Assembly: GCF_004010195.1 (NCBI RefSeq)
Contig: NC_057718.1
Span: 72,672,674 to 72,736,673 of the forward strand
Source of the DNA: Chiloscyllium plagiosum
Taxonomy: Eukaryota
Direction of reading: 5' to 3'
DNA: 64,000 nucleotides
Below, piece after piece: positions 12,780 through 25,461 of this stretch; the first letter of the stretch is position 1; each line of letters starts with the position of its first letter. A program made the translations under genes and the position numbers. Under the pieces are notes generated by a model that was not told the DNA's origin, did not search any database, and saw only the letters and a program-made list of their open reading frames with translations.

Positions 12780-15700
12780 GGAGTGTCATGGACTTCATAC
12801 AGCACAGAAATAGATCGGTGCAACTCGTCCAGATATCCTAAACTGATCCAGTCCCATTTGCCAGCATTTGGCCCAAATCACTCTAAACCCTTCCTATTCA
12901 TGTACCCATCTAGATGCCTTTTAAATGTTCTAATTGTACCTGCCTCCACCAATTCCTCTGGCAGCTCATTCCATACGTGCACCACTCTCTGCATGAAAAT
13001 GTTGCCACTCAGTTCCCTTCTAAGTCATTCCCCTCTCAGCTTAAACCTATGCTGTCTGGTTTGGGATCCCCTACCCTGGGGAAAAGACCTTGGCTATTCA
13101 CCCTATCCATGAACCTGTGTCCCCTAGTTCATCTCCACCCTAGGAAAAAGCCTCATACTTTCCGCTCTATCCATGCCATTCACAATCTTATGAACTTCTA
13201 TCAGGTCGCCCATTAACCTCATTGCTTTCCAGTGTAAACAAATTTAGTCTATCCAAACTTTCTTCATAGCTAAAATTTGCTGTAACAAGCAACATTCTGG
13301 TGAACCTTTTCTGTATCCACTCCAAAGCGTCAAACATCCTTCTGGTAGTGTGGTGACCAGAACTGCACATAATATTCCAGATGTGGCCTCAGTGAAGTTA
13401 ACCTAGAACAGTACAGACCCTTCAGCCCTCGATGTCTTGCCGACCTTTTATCCTAGTCTAAGATGAAACTAATATACAAATCCTTCATTTTGTTATCATC
13501 CATGTGCCTATCCAACAGTCGCTTAAATGACTCTCACATATCCGACTCTACTCCCACTGCTGGCAGTGCTTTCCACACACCCACCCCTCTCTGTGTAAAG
13601 AACATCTCCCCTGAACCTTCCTCTAATCACCTTAAAATTATGCCCCCTTATGATAGCCATTTCCACCCCTGGAAAAACTCTGGCTATCCACTCTATGCCT
13701 CTCATAATCTTATACACTGCTATCAAGTCACCTCTCGTCCTTCCTTGCTCCAATGAGAAAAGCCCTAGCTCCTTCATTCTTTTTCCATAAGAATGACCTC
13801 CTGACCAGGCAGCATCCTGGTAAATCTCCTCTGCATCCTCTCTAAAGCTTCCACATCCTTCCTATAATGAGGAGACCAGGATGGAATACAGTATTCCCTG
13901 TGTGGTCTAACAGGGCTTTGTAGAGCTGCAGCATAACCTCGCGCTCTTAAACTCAATTCCCCTGCTAATGAAAGCCAACACACCATACGCCTTCTCAACA
14001 ACCATATCAACTTGGGTGGCAACTTTGAGGGATCAATGGACGTGTACCCAAAGATCCCTCTGTTCCTCCACACTGCTAAGAATCCTGCCTTTAACCCTGT
14101 AATTTTCATTCAAATTCGAATTTCCAAGATGAATCACTTCTCAGGCCAATTCTGCATCCTGTCAATGTACCGTTGCAACCTACACCAAAGCCACTACACT
14201 ATTCACAATTCTATCAACGTTCGTGTCATTGGCAAACTTACTAGCCCTCCCTTCCAGTTCCTCATCTAAGTCATTTATAAAAATCATAAAGAGCAGAGGT
14301 CCCAGAACAGATCCCTGTGGATCACCACTGGTCACAGAGCACCAGGCTAAATATTTTCCACCTACTGCCACCCTTTGTCTTCTATAGGCCAGCCAAATCT
14401 CCCTGTATTCCATGCCTCCTTACTTTCTGAATGAGCATATCATGGAGAACTTCATCAAACACCTTTCTAAAATCCATATTACATCACATCCACTGCTCTA
14501 CCTTCATCAATGTGTTCATCAAGTCATCAAAAAATTCCATAAGGTTTGTGAAGCATGCCTTGTCCTGACAAAGCCATGCTGATGATCTCTAATCAAATTA
14601 TGCTTTTCCAAATAATCATAAATCCTGCCTCTCAGAATCCTCTCCGTGAGCGGCACGGTAGCACAGTGGTTAGCACTGCTGCTTCACAGCAGCAGAGACC
14701 CGGGTTCAATTCCCGCCTCAGGCGACTCTCTGTGTGGAGTTTGCACATTCTCCCCGTGTCTGCGTGGGTTTCCTCCGGTTTCCTCCCACAATCCAAAAAT
14801 GTGCAGGTTAGGTGAATTGGCCATGCTAAATTGCCCGTAGTGTTAGGTGAAGGGGTAAATGTAGGAGAATGGGTCTGGGTGGGTTACGCTTCGGCGGGTC
14901 GGTGTGGACTTGTTGGGCCGAAGGGCCTGTTTCCACACTGTAAGTAATCTAATCTAAGTAATCTAATCTAATCTAATAATTTGTGAACCACTAATGTTAA
15001 GACAGATAGGTCTGTAATTCCCAGCATTATCCCTATTCCCTTACTTGATCAAGGAATAACATTTGCTACCTTCCAATCATCTGGTACTACACCACTGGAC
15101 AGTGAGGACACAAAGATCATCACCAATCTTTTCCTTCACTTCCCATAGTAACCTTGGGTGTATCCTTTTTGGCCCAGGGGACTTAACTATTCTCATATTT
15201 TTTCCAAAATATCCAGCCCATCCTCTTTCTTAACACCAACCTGTTCGAGCATATCAGCTTGCTTCATGCTGTCCTCACAAATGACAAGATCCCTCTCTGT
15301 AATGAATATTGAAGCAAAGTATTCATTAAGGATCACCCCTACCTCCTCCAACTCCAGGCACAAGTTCCCTCCACTATCCCTGATCATCCCTATCCTCTTA
15401 TTCCTCATATATGTGTAGAACACCTTCGGGTTTTCCTTAATCCTACCCACCAAGGCTTTCTCATGACCCCTTCTAGCTTTCCTAAGTCCATTCTTCAGTT
15501 TCTTCCTGTCAACCATGTAACCCTCTAGAGCCCTGTCTAAATCTTACCTTCTCAACCTTAAGTACGCTTCCTTCTTCTTCTTAACTAGATGGATGCTTTT
15601 GAGAGGGTGCAGAGAAGGTTTACGAGGATGTTGCTTGGTATGGAAAGCTATGAAGAGAGGTTGAGTAGGTTAGGATTGTTTTCATTAGAAAAAAGGAAAT

Positions 15701-16920
15701 TGAGGTCCACAAAATCATGAAGGGTATAGACAGGGGAGATAGAGATAAGCTTTTTCCCAGGGTGATGGATTCAATAATGAGAGGTCACGCATTCAAGGTC
15801 AGAGGTGAAAAGTTTGAGGATATACATGGTAAGTACTTTACACAGGTGCCTGGAATGCGTTGACAGCAGAGGTAGTGGAGGCAGGCATGGTAGATTCATT
15901 TAAAGTGCGTCTGCACAGATGCATAAGTAGGTAGGGAGCAGAGGGATACAGATGCTTAGGAATTGGGTGATAGGTTTAGACAGTGAATTTGGATTGGCTC
16001 AGGCTTGGAGGGCCTGTTCCTGGGTTGTAAATTTTCTTTGTGCTTTGTTCTAGATACTCTACAACTCGTCACCCAAGGTTCCTTCACCCTACCACCCCTT
16101 CTTTGCCTCAGTGGGACAAACCTTTCCAGTACTCGCAGCAAGTGCTCCTTAAAACCTCCACATTTCTGTCGTGCATTTCCCTGATAACATCTGCTCCCAA
16201 TTTATGCTCCTGCTTAACAGCATTGTAATTCCCCCTCCCCCAATTAAATACTTTCCCATACCGTCTGCTTCTATCCATCTCCATGACTATTGTAATGGTG
16301 AGGGAGCTGTGATCACTATCACCGAAATGCTCTCGCACCGAGAGATCTAACACCTGACCTAGTTTGTTGCCAAGCAACAAATCCAATATGGCCTGCCCTG
16401 TACAGTAGTTGGCTAATCTACATAAAGTCAGGAATCCTTTCTGGACACAGCTGACAAAATCTGCTCCATCCAAGCTATTTGCACTAAGAAGGTTCCAATC
16501 AATATTAGGGAAGTTGAAGTCACCCCTGAAAAACAGCCCTGTTACTTCCGCATCTTTCCAAAATCTTCCTCCCAATCTGCTCTTCCATGTCTCTGTTGCT
16601 ATTATAGGTCTATAGTAAACTCCCACTAAAGTGACTGCTCCTTTCCTGTTTCTGACTTCTACCCATACTGACTCTGTAGACAAACCCTCCTCAATGACCT
16701 CCCTTTCTGCAGCTGTGGTACCATCCCTGAATAGCAAAGCCACTCCCCCATCTCTTTTACCTCCCTCCCTATTCCTTTTGAAACATCTGAACCCCAGAAC
16801 ATCCAACAACCATTCCCACCCCTGTGATGTCCAAATCTCCGTAATGGTCACAGCATCATAACTCCAAGTACTGATCAATGCTCGAGTTCATCACTCTTAT
16901 TCCTGACACTTCCTTTGTTA
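12780..16920 (-). mobile_element. Cluster of nested CR1 LINEs, mainly minus strand; APE endonuclease domain at ~16108-16878; plus-strand CR1 3' fragment inserted at ~15591-16049
   Basis: ORF 16108..16878 has APE motifs (ITEIW, GVALL, GVYYRP, GDFNFPNIDW, LDLLL, SDH); RT fragments lie at 13188-14413; ctagat is duplicated around the plus-strand insert. Confidence 0.9.
14647..14976 (+). mobile_element. HE1-type tRNA-derived SINE (V-SINE)
   Basis: A box tagcacagtgg and B box ggttcaattcc; central core gtgtggagtttgcacattctccccgtgtctgcgtggg; CR1-like 3' end gggccgaagggcctgtttccacactgta plus (taatc)n. Confidence 0.9.
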
Positions 16921-17029
16921 AAACAGGCATGCTTCAACCCATCACACTGACTGCTACTTTGCCCTATCAACAGTTTATCCTTCCGCACAGACTCTCTGCA
17001 CCCCGTATCTGCCTGCTCACTTGCTACCC

Positions 17030-20000
17030 CAAGTTCTATAAAGCTGCAGTATAACTTGCCTATCCTTTTAATCAATGCCACTTCCAACGAAGGCAAGCAT
17101 GCCATAAGCCTTTTTTTACAATCTTTTCTACCTGCACTGCCACCTTAAGTGATCTGTGGATCTGCACACTCAGATCCTCTGCATATCAATACTCCTAAGG
17201 GTTCTGCCATTCAATGTATAGTTTCTACTTGTAATTGACCTTACATTTGTCCAGATTAAACTCAGTCTGCCATTTTTCTGCCTGTGCCTCCAAGTGATCT
17301 ATTTCCTGCTGAACCCTCAGACAACCTTTCTCACTATCTGCAACTCCACCAACATTTGTATCATCGACAAACTTACTAATTCAGCCAGCCACTTTTTCCT
17401 CCCAATCATTTATGTCGAGCACAAACAGCAGAGATCCCAGTACTAATCCCTGTGACATATTGCTGTTAGAACCCTCCATTCTGAAAAACATCCTTCCACT
17501 GCTACACTCTGTCCCCAATAACTACATCAGTTTTGTATCCATCTTACTAGCTCAGCCCTAATACCATGCAACTTCACCTTTTGTACCAGTCTACCATGAG
17601 GGACCTTGGCAAAGGCATTACTGAAGCCCATGCAGACATCAACAGCTTTTCCCTTGTCAAATCACCTTCATAACCTCTTCAAAAACTTCATCAAGTTAGT
17701 GAGGCATGACCTGCCCTGCACAAAACCATGTTGTCTATTGTTAATAAGTCAATTTGCTTTGAAATGCATATAGATCTTGTCCCTGAGAGTCTTTTCCAAT
17801 AATTTCACACACCACTGACAAGAGGCTCACAAGCCTGTAATTTTCATGGTTATCCCTGCTACCCTTCTTAAACAATGAGACAACACTGGCTATTCTCCAG
17901 TCTTCTGGGACCTCACCTGTGGCCAAACAGGGTGCAAAGATGTCTGTCAATTTGTTCTCTTGCCTCCCACAATATTCTGGGATGGACCCCATGAGGACCC
18001 ACAGACTTATCTACCTTAATACTGTTTAGCAAGTTAGAAACTCAACACACTCTTCCCTGAGATCATGTTCTACCAATTCCTTCTCTTTGGTGACTAACAA
18101 AATATTCATTTCGGACCTCACCCATCTCTTTTGGCTTCACATATAGATTCCCTCCTTTATTCTTGATTGGGCCTCATTCCTCAAGAAGGGCTCTGGCCCA
18201 AAATGTTGATTTTCCTGCTCCTCAGATGCTGCCTGACCTATTGTGCTTTTCCAGCAACACACTCTCAACTTGAGTGGGCCAACCCTTGCCCTGGCTACCC
18301 TCTTGCGTTTTATAGATGTATAAAAAGCCTTGGGATTCTCCTTAATCCTGTTGGCTAATGACTTTTCATGATCCTTTTTAGTCCTAATTCCTGGTTATGT
18401 TCTTTCCTACTGTCCTTATATACTTCAAGGACTTGGTCAGTTCCCTTCCTTTTAGACCAAGGTCATAACATCCTGGTCATCAAAGATTCACATAACTTGC
18501 CATATCTATCCTTCATTCTCGCAGGAACATACCACTCCTGAACTCATATCAACTGTCGTTTGAAATACTCCCATATATCCAATATAATTTACCTTCAAAC
18601 TGTTGCCTCCAATCAACATTCTCCAGTTCCTGCCTAATATTGTTGTAATACACCTTTCCCCAATTTAAAAACTTCACATGAGGACTGCTGTTATCCCTAT
18701 CCATAAGTACATTAAAACACACTATATTATGCTCACTACTCCCGAAATGCTCCCCCCTACTGAAACTTCTCTCATCTGGGCAGGGTCATCACCCAAAACC
18801 AGGTCCAGTATAACCCCCTACTGGTTGGAATATTTACATACTGTGTCAAGAAACCTCCTTAATGGTCCTTACAAATTCTATCATCGAAGTCCCCAGCATG
18901 AAGTGAGTCCCAGTTAATTTTGGGGAAGTTAAAACAATCCTATGGTTTTTACATCTTTCCAAAATCTGTCCATACATTCCCCTCTATCTCCCGCTGGCTG
19001 CTGAGAAGCCTGTGGTGTACCCCTAGCATTCTAATTTCATCTTTTCTGTTTCTGAGATCTACCTATATTATTTCGCTGCACAAGTCCTCTGAAATAACAC
19101 CCTCAGTACATCTGAGAGATATTCCTTAACCAGTAATGCAACTCTTTCACCCATTTGACATCCCCTTCTTCCACATCTGAAACATCTAACTCTTGCAACA
19201 TTCAGTTGCCAGTCTTGTCCCTCTTTCAGCCAAATCTCCATAATTACAATAATGTCATAATTCCAAGTACTAAGCAAAGCTCTTAATTCATCTACCTTGT
19301 ATATTATATTTCTCGCATTGAAACATATGCATTTCAGACCAAATCCCCTGCTCATTTCAGCAGCGTTTCCCTGCCTGTTATTGTTCTTAGGCATATTTGC
19401 CTTGGTTTCTACCTCTCCCTCAATTTCTGCATCCACTGCCCGACTCCTTTACTTCACACCCTCCTGTTGTACTAGTTTAAACCCTGCCCTACCAATCTAC
19501 CAAGTACTCTATCAAGGAGATCTTTCTCGGTCCTGCCTCACCTCCCTCACAACCGGTCCCAATGCCCCACGAATCTGATACCCGCCCCCCCCACCCCATC
19601 TTTTCAGCCATGTGTTAATCCGATATATACTGTTGCTTTTATTCTGACTAGCTCATGGCACTGGTAGTAATCTGGAAATAACTACCTTTGAGGTCCTACA
19701 TTTCAACTTTCTTTCTAATTTGCTATATTCTGCTTTTAGGACCTCAACCCTTTTTTTTGTACTTACATTGTTACTACCAATACGTACTAGGACAACTGGC
19801 TATTCACCCTCTCCCTCCAGAATACCCTGCAACTGTTCCAAGACATCCAGGAGTAGCACAAGGGATGCAACACCATCCTGGACTCTCGTTTGCGGCCACA
19901 GAAATCCCCTACAAGTATACCATCTGCATGCTGATTTCTCCCTCACTCTGCAGCAGAGCCAACCATGGTACCTTGAATTTGGCTGCTGCTGTTATCCAGA

Positions 20001-20300
20001 GACACCATCCCCCTCACAGTATCCAAAACTGTTTTTCTGTTTTGCAGGGGAATAGCCACAGGAGATGCCTGCTTAGCCCTCCTGCTCTGCCTGGTGGTCG
20101 CCTATTCCTTTCCCTCCTGTGGAGTTTGAGTCTACAATCTGACCACCTCTCTACACTTGCTATCCATGATACTCTCCATCTTGTGAATACTGCTCCACAG
20201 TGTCCCACACACTTGAGCTTCTAAGACCTGCAGGTGTATATGCAGGTCGCAGGCACTGGAAATATGTCCAGCAAGCAAGGCTACAGTTTGGAGCTCTCCT
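17030..20300 (-). mobile_element. Decayed near-full-length CR1 LINE, including ORF1 remnants
   Basis: ORF 19068..19436 is the EN start (LKCICFNARNI...WNYDIIVIMEIWL); ORF 17741..17992 is RT; ORF1-like remnants at ~19500-20300. Confidence 0.85.
18174..18268 (+). mobile_element. 95-nt PLE 3'-end insertion with degenerate hammerhead motif
   Basis: TSD cttgattgggcc / cttgagtgggcc (18162-18173, 18269-18280); similar to 45883-46014 and 22570-22670. Confidence 0.75.
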
Positions 20301-20639
20301 GCCACATCTTACTGAATTAATCCTTAAAATGTCAAATACTTTTAATACTAATTTGAAGCTGCTGGTATTCTCTGCTCCAATAACAATTTCTCAAAACTTA
20401 CCTGATATTTACCCACAACAGTTTCCAGAAGCTGTTTTGGCTCATGCTGGAACTGTCAGTAATTACCTTCCTCTTACTATGTTCTATCGCCTCTCTTCTG
20501 AACCGTGCCTTTCTTTTATTTGATTAGAGGAGGAAGGAGGAATGGAAATGCTACAGTAATGTTTCGTGCTAACCATTCCTTAACACCAAGTCTTCCATGA
20601 TGTCCTTCACACCTGCACTGACTACAAAGTCCTCCCCCA

Positions 20640-21900
20640 GAATGCAAATGAGTGATGTCTCAGCATCACCCCTCAGCCTCCAACACTCTAATGAAAAAAC
20701 ACCTCAGCCTATTCAGCCTCTCCCAATAGCTCAAACCCTCCAATCCCAGAAACAACTTGTAAATCTTTTCTGAATCCTTTGTTTGGCAACACTGCCCAAG
20801 ATCTTAACATTAAGTCCTGATTTACCTTACCAAAATGCATTACCTCAGATTTATAGAATCGCAGAACCCAAACAGTGCGGAAACAGGCCGTTCGGCCCAA
20901 TAAGTCAATGCTGACCCTCTGAAGAGTAACCCCCCGATCCATTCCCCTATCCAGTTATTCTACATTTACCTCTGACTAATGCACTTAACCTACACATCCC
21001 TGAACACTATGGGCAATTTAGCATGGGCAATTCACCTAACCTGCACATCTTTGGATTATGGGAAGAAACAGGAGCATTCGGAGGATATATTCATATCCAA
21101 ATCATTTAAATAAATGATGAAAATCAGTGGACCTAGCAGTAAACCCTGCAGCACACCACAGGTCACAGGCATCCTGTCAAAAAAAAACCTTCCACCATCA
21201 TTCTCTGTCTCCTACCTTCAAGCGAATTTTGTTTCCAATTGGCTAGCTCTCCCTGGATTCCATGTGACCTAACCTTGCTAACCAGTCTACTATATAGAAC
21301 CTTGTCAAATGCCTTGCTGAAGTTTGTATAGACAATGTCTACCGCTGTGCTTCCATCAATTTTTGTTGCCTTCGCTTCAAAAAATTCAATCTAGTTCATG
21401 ACACATGAGTTCCCACACACAAAGCCATGTTTACTCTCCTTAATCAGTCATTACATATCTAAATACACGTAAATCCTGTCCCTTAGAATCCCCTCCAACA
21501 ACTAATCCACTACGGACATCTGGCTCACTGGTCTATAATTCCATGTCTTTTTCCTACCACATTCTTAAATAATGGCACAATATGCAATCTCTACTCTTCT
21601 GGCACCTCATCTGTGGCTATCGACTATACAAAAACAATAGATACCTACAGTGTGGAAGCAGCCCATCAAATCCACAGTGATCCTTGAAGAAAATCCCACC
21701 CACACCCATTTTATCCCATTTACCCACCTCGCCTGCACAAACCTGGGCACTATGGGCAATTTGGCATGACCAATGTACCTAATCTGTTCATTTTTAGACT
21801 GTGAGAGGAAACCCATGCAGATAATGGGAGAAAGTACAAACTTCATTTAGGCTGGAATTAAACCCAGGTCCCTGGCACTGTGAGACAGCAGTGCTAACCA
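20640..21900 (-). mobile_element. CR1 fragments with two inserted, diverged HE1-type SINE copies (~20860-21085 partial; ~21640-21900)
   Basis: SINE core and tail sequence on the minus strand, embedded in CR1 RT sequence. Confidence 0.75.
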
Positions 21901-22706
21901 GTGTCTCTCACCATGGACATCCAGTCCCTCTATACCTCCACCCGCCATGACCAAGGCCTCCAAGCCCTCAGTTTCTTCTTTTCCCGACGTCCCCACCAGT
22001 ATCCTTCCACTGACACGCTTATTCTTTTGGCTGAACTGGCCCTCACCCTCACCAATTTCTCCTTCCAATCCTCCCACTTCCTCCCGGTGTATTTGTCGGC
22101 TATGTAGAACAGTCCATCTTCCGGAGTTACACCGGCACCACTCCCCACCTCTTCCTTCGCTCCACAGTTCATCAACTTCACCAACACATTTCACCCAGAC
22201 CTTAAATTCACCTGGACCATCTCTGATACCTCCCTCCCCTTCCTAGACCTCTCCATCTCCATCCATGAGGACCAACTTAACACTGACATTTTTTTTTACA
22301 AACCCACCAACTCCCACAGCTACCTGGGTTATACCTCTTCCCACCCTACCTCCTCCAAAAATGCTATCCTGTATTCCCAAATCTTCTGCCTCTGCCGCAT
22401 CTGTTCCCAGGAGGACCAGTTCCACCACAGAACACACCTGATGGCCTCTTTCTTTAAAGACCAAACGATCCCCTCCCACATCACTGAAGATGTCCTCCAA
22501 CGCATCTCATCCACGTTCTGCAGTCCCTTCTCCCCACCCCTATTTATCTCGCCATCTCCAAGGCTCCCAGCCTCATTCCTGATGAAGGACTCCAGCCCAA
22601 AACGTCAATATTTCTGCTCTTCAGATACTGCCTGACCTGCTGTGCTTTTCAAGCAACACACACTCAACTCTGATCTCTAGCATCTGCAGACTTCACTGTC
22701 TCTCAG
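21901..22706 (+). mobile_element. Internally deleted Penelope-like element (RT fragments plus 3' end)
   Basis: PLE RT motifs TMDIQSLYTS, LPFLDLSI and YKPTNSHSYL..SSHP; same family as 40561-41600; degenerate hammerhead at ~22575-22610. Confidence 0.88.
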
Positions 22707-22789
22707 CAAGAGGCCAAGTAATCTCTTCCCTAGCTTTACACAAAGCTCTAGCATATACCTGATCACATCTCGGGATTTTTCTAATTGTG

Positions 22790-25060
22790 AGCATTTTACA
22801 ATTGGATCTTAATCAGATGGGCAGTTGGGCCAAGGTGGGGCAGATGGAGTTTAATTTAGATAAATATGAGGTGCTGCATTTTGGAAAGGCATATTAGGGC
22901 AGGACATATACACATAATGGTAAGGTTCTGGGGAATGTTGCTGAACAAACAGACCTTGAAGTACTGTAGCACATAGACAGGATAGTGAAGGCAGCGTTTG
23001 GTATGCTTGTCTTTATTAGCCAGTGCAGTGAATATAGGAGTTGAGATGTCATGTTGTGGCTGTACGGGACATTCGTTAAGCCATTATTGGAATACTGCGT
23101 ACAATTCTGATCCACCTCTTTATGAAGGATGTCGTGAAACTTGAAAGGGTTCAGAAAAAATTTATAAGGATGTTGCCAGGATTGGAAGAGGGGAGAGGCT
23201 GAATAGCTGCAGCTATTTTCCCTGGAGCATCAGAGGCTGAGGGGTATTCTTATACAAGTTTATGAAATCATTGTCTACAGGAATAGTGCCAGAAGACTGG
23301 AGGATAGCAAATGTGGTTCCCCTGTTCAAGAAGGGGAGTAGAGACAATCCTGGTAATTATAGATCAGTGAGCCTTACTTCAGTTGTTGGTAAAGTGTTGG
23401 AAAAGGTTATAAGAGATAGGATTTATAATCATCTCGAAAAGAATAATTTGATTAGGGATAGTCAGCATGATTTTGTGAAGGGTAGGTCGTGCCTCACAAA
23501 CTTTACTGAGTTCTTTGAGAAGGTGACCAAAGAGGTAGACGAGAATAAACCGGTTGATATGGTGTATATGGATTTCAGCAAGAAGTTAGATAACGTTCCC
23601 CACAGTAGGTATTGTACAAAATGCGGAGGAATGGGATTGTGGGAGATGTAGCAGTTTGGATCAGTAATTGGCTTGCTGAAAGAAGACAGAGGGTGGTGGT
23701 TGATGGGAAATGTTCATCCTGGAGTCCAGTTACCAGTGATGTACCACAAGGGTCGGTGTTGGGTCCACTGCTGTTCGTCATTTTTATAAACGACCTGGAT
23801 GAGGGTGTAGAAGGGTGGGTTAGTAAATTTGCAGACGACACTAAGGTTGGTGGAGTTGTGGATAGTGACGAAGGATGTTGTAGTTTACATAGATAAGCTG
23901 CAGAGCTGGGCTGAGAGGTGGCAAGTGGAGTTTAATGCGGACAAGTGTGAGGTGATTCATTTTGGTCGGAGTAACCGGAATGCAAAGAACTGGGCTAATG
24001 GTAAGATTCTTGGTGGTGTAGTTGAGCAGAGAGATCTCGGTGTCCAGGTACACAGATCCTTGAAAGTTGCCACCCAGGTTGACAGGGTTGTTAAGAAGGC
24101 ATACAGTGTTTTAGCTTTTATTAATAGAGGGATCGAGTTCCGGAACCATGAGGTTATGCTGCAGCTGTACAAAACTCTGGTGCGGCTGCACTTGAGAGTA
24201 TTGTGTACAGTTCAGGTCACTGCAATATAAGAAGGATGTGGAAGCCTTGGAAAGGGTGCAGAGGAGATTTACTAGGATGTTGCCTGGTATGGAGGGAAGG
24301 TCTTACGAGGAAAGGCTGAGGGACTTGAGGCTGTTTTCGTTTGAGAGAAGAAGGTTGAGAAGTGACTTAGAGAGACATACAAGATAATCAGAGGGTTAGA
24401 CAGAGTGTACAGGGAGAACCTTTTTCCAAGTATGGTGACAGCGAGCACGAGGGGCAAAGCTTTAAATTGAGGGGTGATAGATAGAGGACAGATGTCAGAG
24501 GTAGTTTCTTTACTCAGAAAGTAGTAAGGGTATGGAATGCTTTGCCTGCAACGGTAGTAGATTCGCCAACTTTAAGTCCATTTTAGTCGTTATTGGACAA
24601 GCATATGGACGTACATGGAATAGTGTAGGTTAGATGGGCTTCAGATTGGTATGACAGGTTGAGGCAACATCGAGGGCCGAATGGCCTGTACTGCGCTGTA
24701 ATGTTCTATGTTCTATGAGGAGCATAGATAGGGTAAATAGCCAAAGACCCAGCGTAGCAGAGTCTAAAACAAGATGGCAAAGGTTTAAGGTGAGAGGGGA
24801 AAGATTTAAAAAGGACCTAAGGGGCAACATTTTCACACAGAGGGTGATGCGTGTATGGAGTGATCTGCCAGGGGAAGTGGTGGAGGTTGGTATAATTACA
24901 ACATTTAAAAAGCATCTGGATTGGTGTACAAATTGGAAGGGTTGAGGGAAATGGGCCAAATGCTGAAATTTGGGAATAGATTAATTTAGGATATCTGGTC
25001 AGCATGGACGAGTTGGACCAAAGGGTCTGTTTCCATGCTGTACAGTTCTATAACTCTAAT
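22790..25060 (+). mobile_element. CR1 3' fragment split by a younger CR1 (~23263-24715)
   Basis: ORFs 23262..23651, 23612..23896 (SKFADDTK) and 23829..24230; the inner copy ends in (ttctatg)n and host sequence resumes at ~24716. Confidence 0.9.
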
Positions 25061-25256
25061 ATGTCCAGTACCTTTTCTTTTGTAATGCAAACACGGTTTA
25101 AGATATCACTATTGTTCAGAGTTCTCTGGCTTTCATATCCTTCTGCACAGTAAATACTGATGCAAAATATTTATTTAGTATTCAAAGTTTGTGCGAAGAT
25201 TTGTAGCTCGGGTGCTCGTTGTTGTGGTTCTGTTCGCCGAGCTGGAAGTTTGTGTT

Positions 25257-25296
25257 GCAAACGTTTCGTCCCCTGGCTAGGCGACATCATCAGTGC
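25257..25296 (-). ncRNA. Minimal type I hammerhead ribozyme motif in Penelope 3' end
   Basis: Minus strand reads GCA CUGAUGA U GUCGCCU-AGCC-AGGGGAC GAAAC GUU UGC: stem I GCA/UGC, complete core, 6/7-bp stem II, 1-bp stem III extension within palindrome AAACGUUU. Confidence 0.8.
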
Positions 25297-25308
25297 TTGG
25301 GAGCCTCC

Positions 25309-25461
25309 NNNNNNNNNNNNNNNNNNNNNNNNNNNNNNNNNNNNNNNNNNNNNNNNNNNNNNNNNNNNNNNNNNNNNNNNNNNNNNNNNNNNNNNNNNNN
25401 NNNNNNNNNNNNNNNNNNNNNNNNNNNNNNNNNNNNNNNNNNNNNNNNNNNNNNNNNNNNN
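25309..25461. other. Assembly gap (N run)
   Basis: Run of N inside a young Penelope copy. Confidence 1.

Noticed and set aside
14647..14720. tRNA-like sequence with A and B boxes (also at 30376, 39164, 40120 and 58230)
   Set aside because: These are SINE heads that continue into the core and LINE-like tail; they are not tRNA genes.
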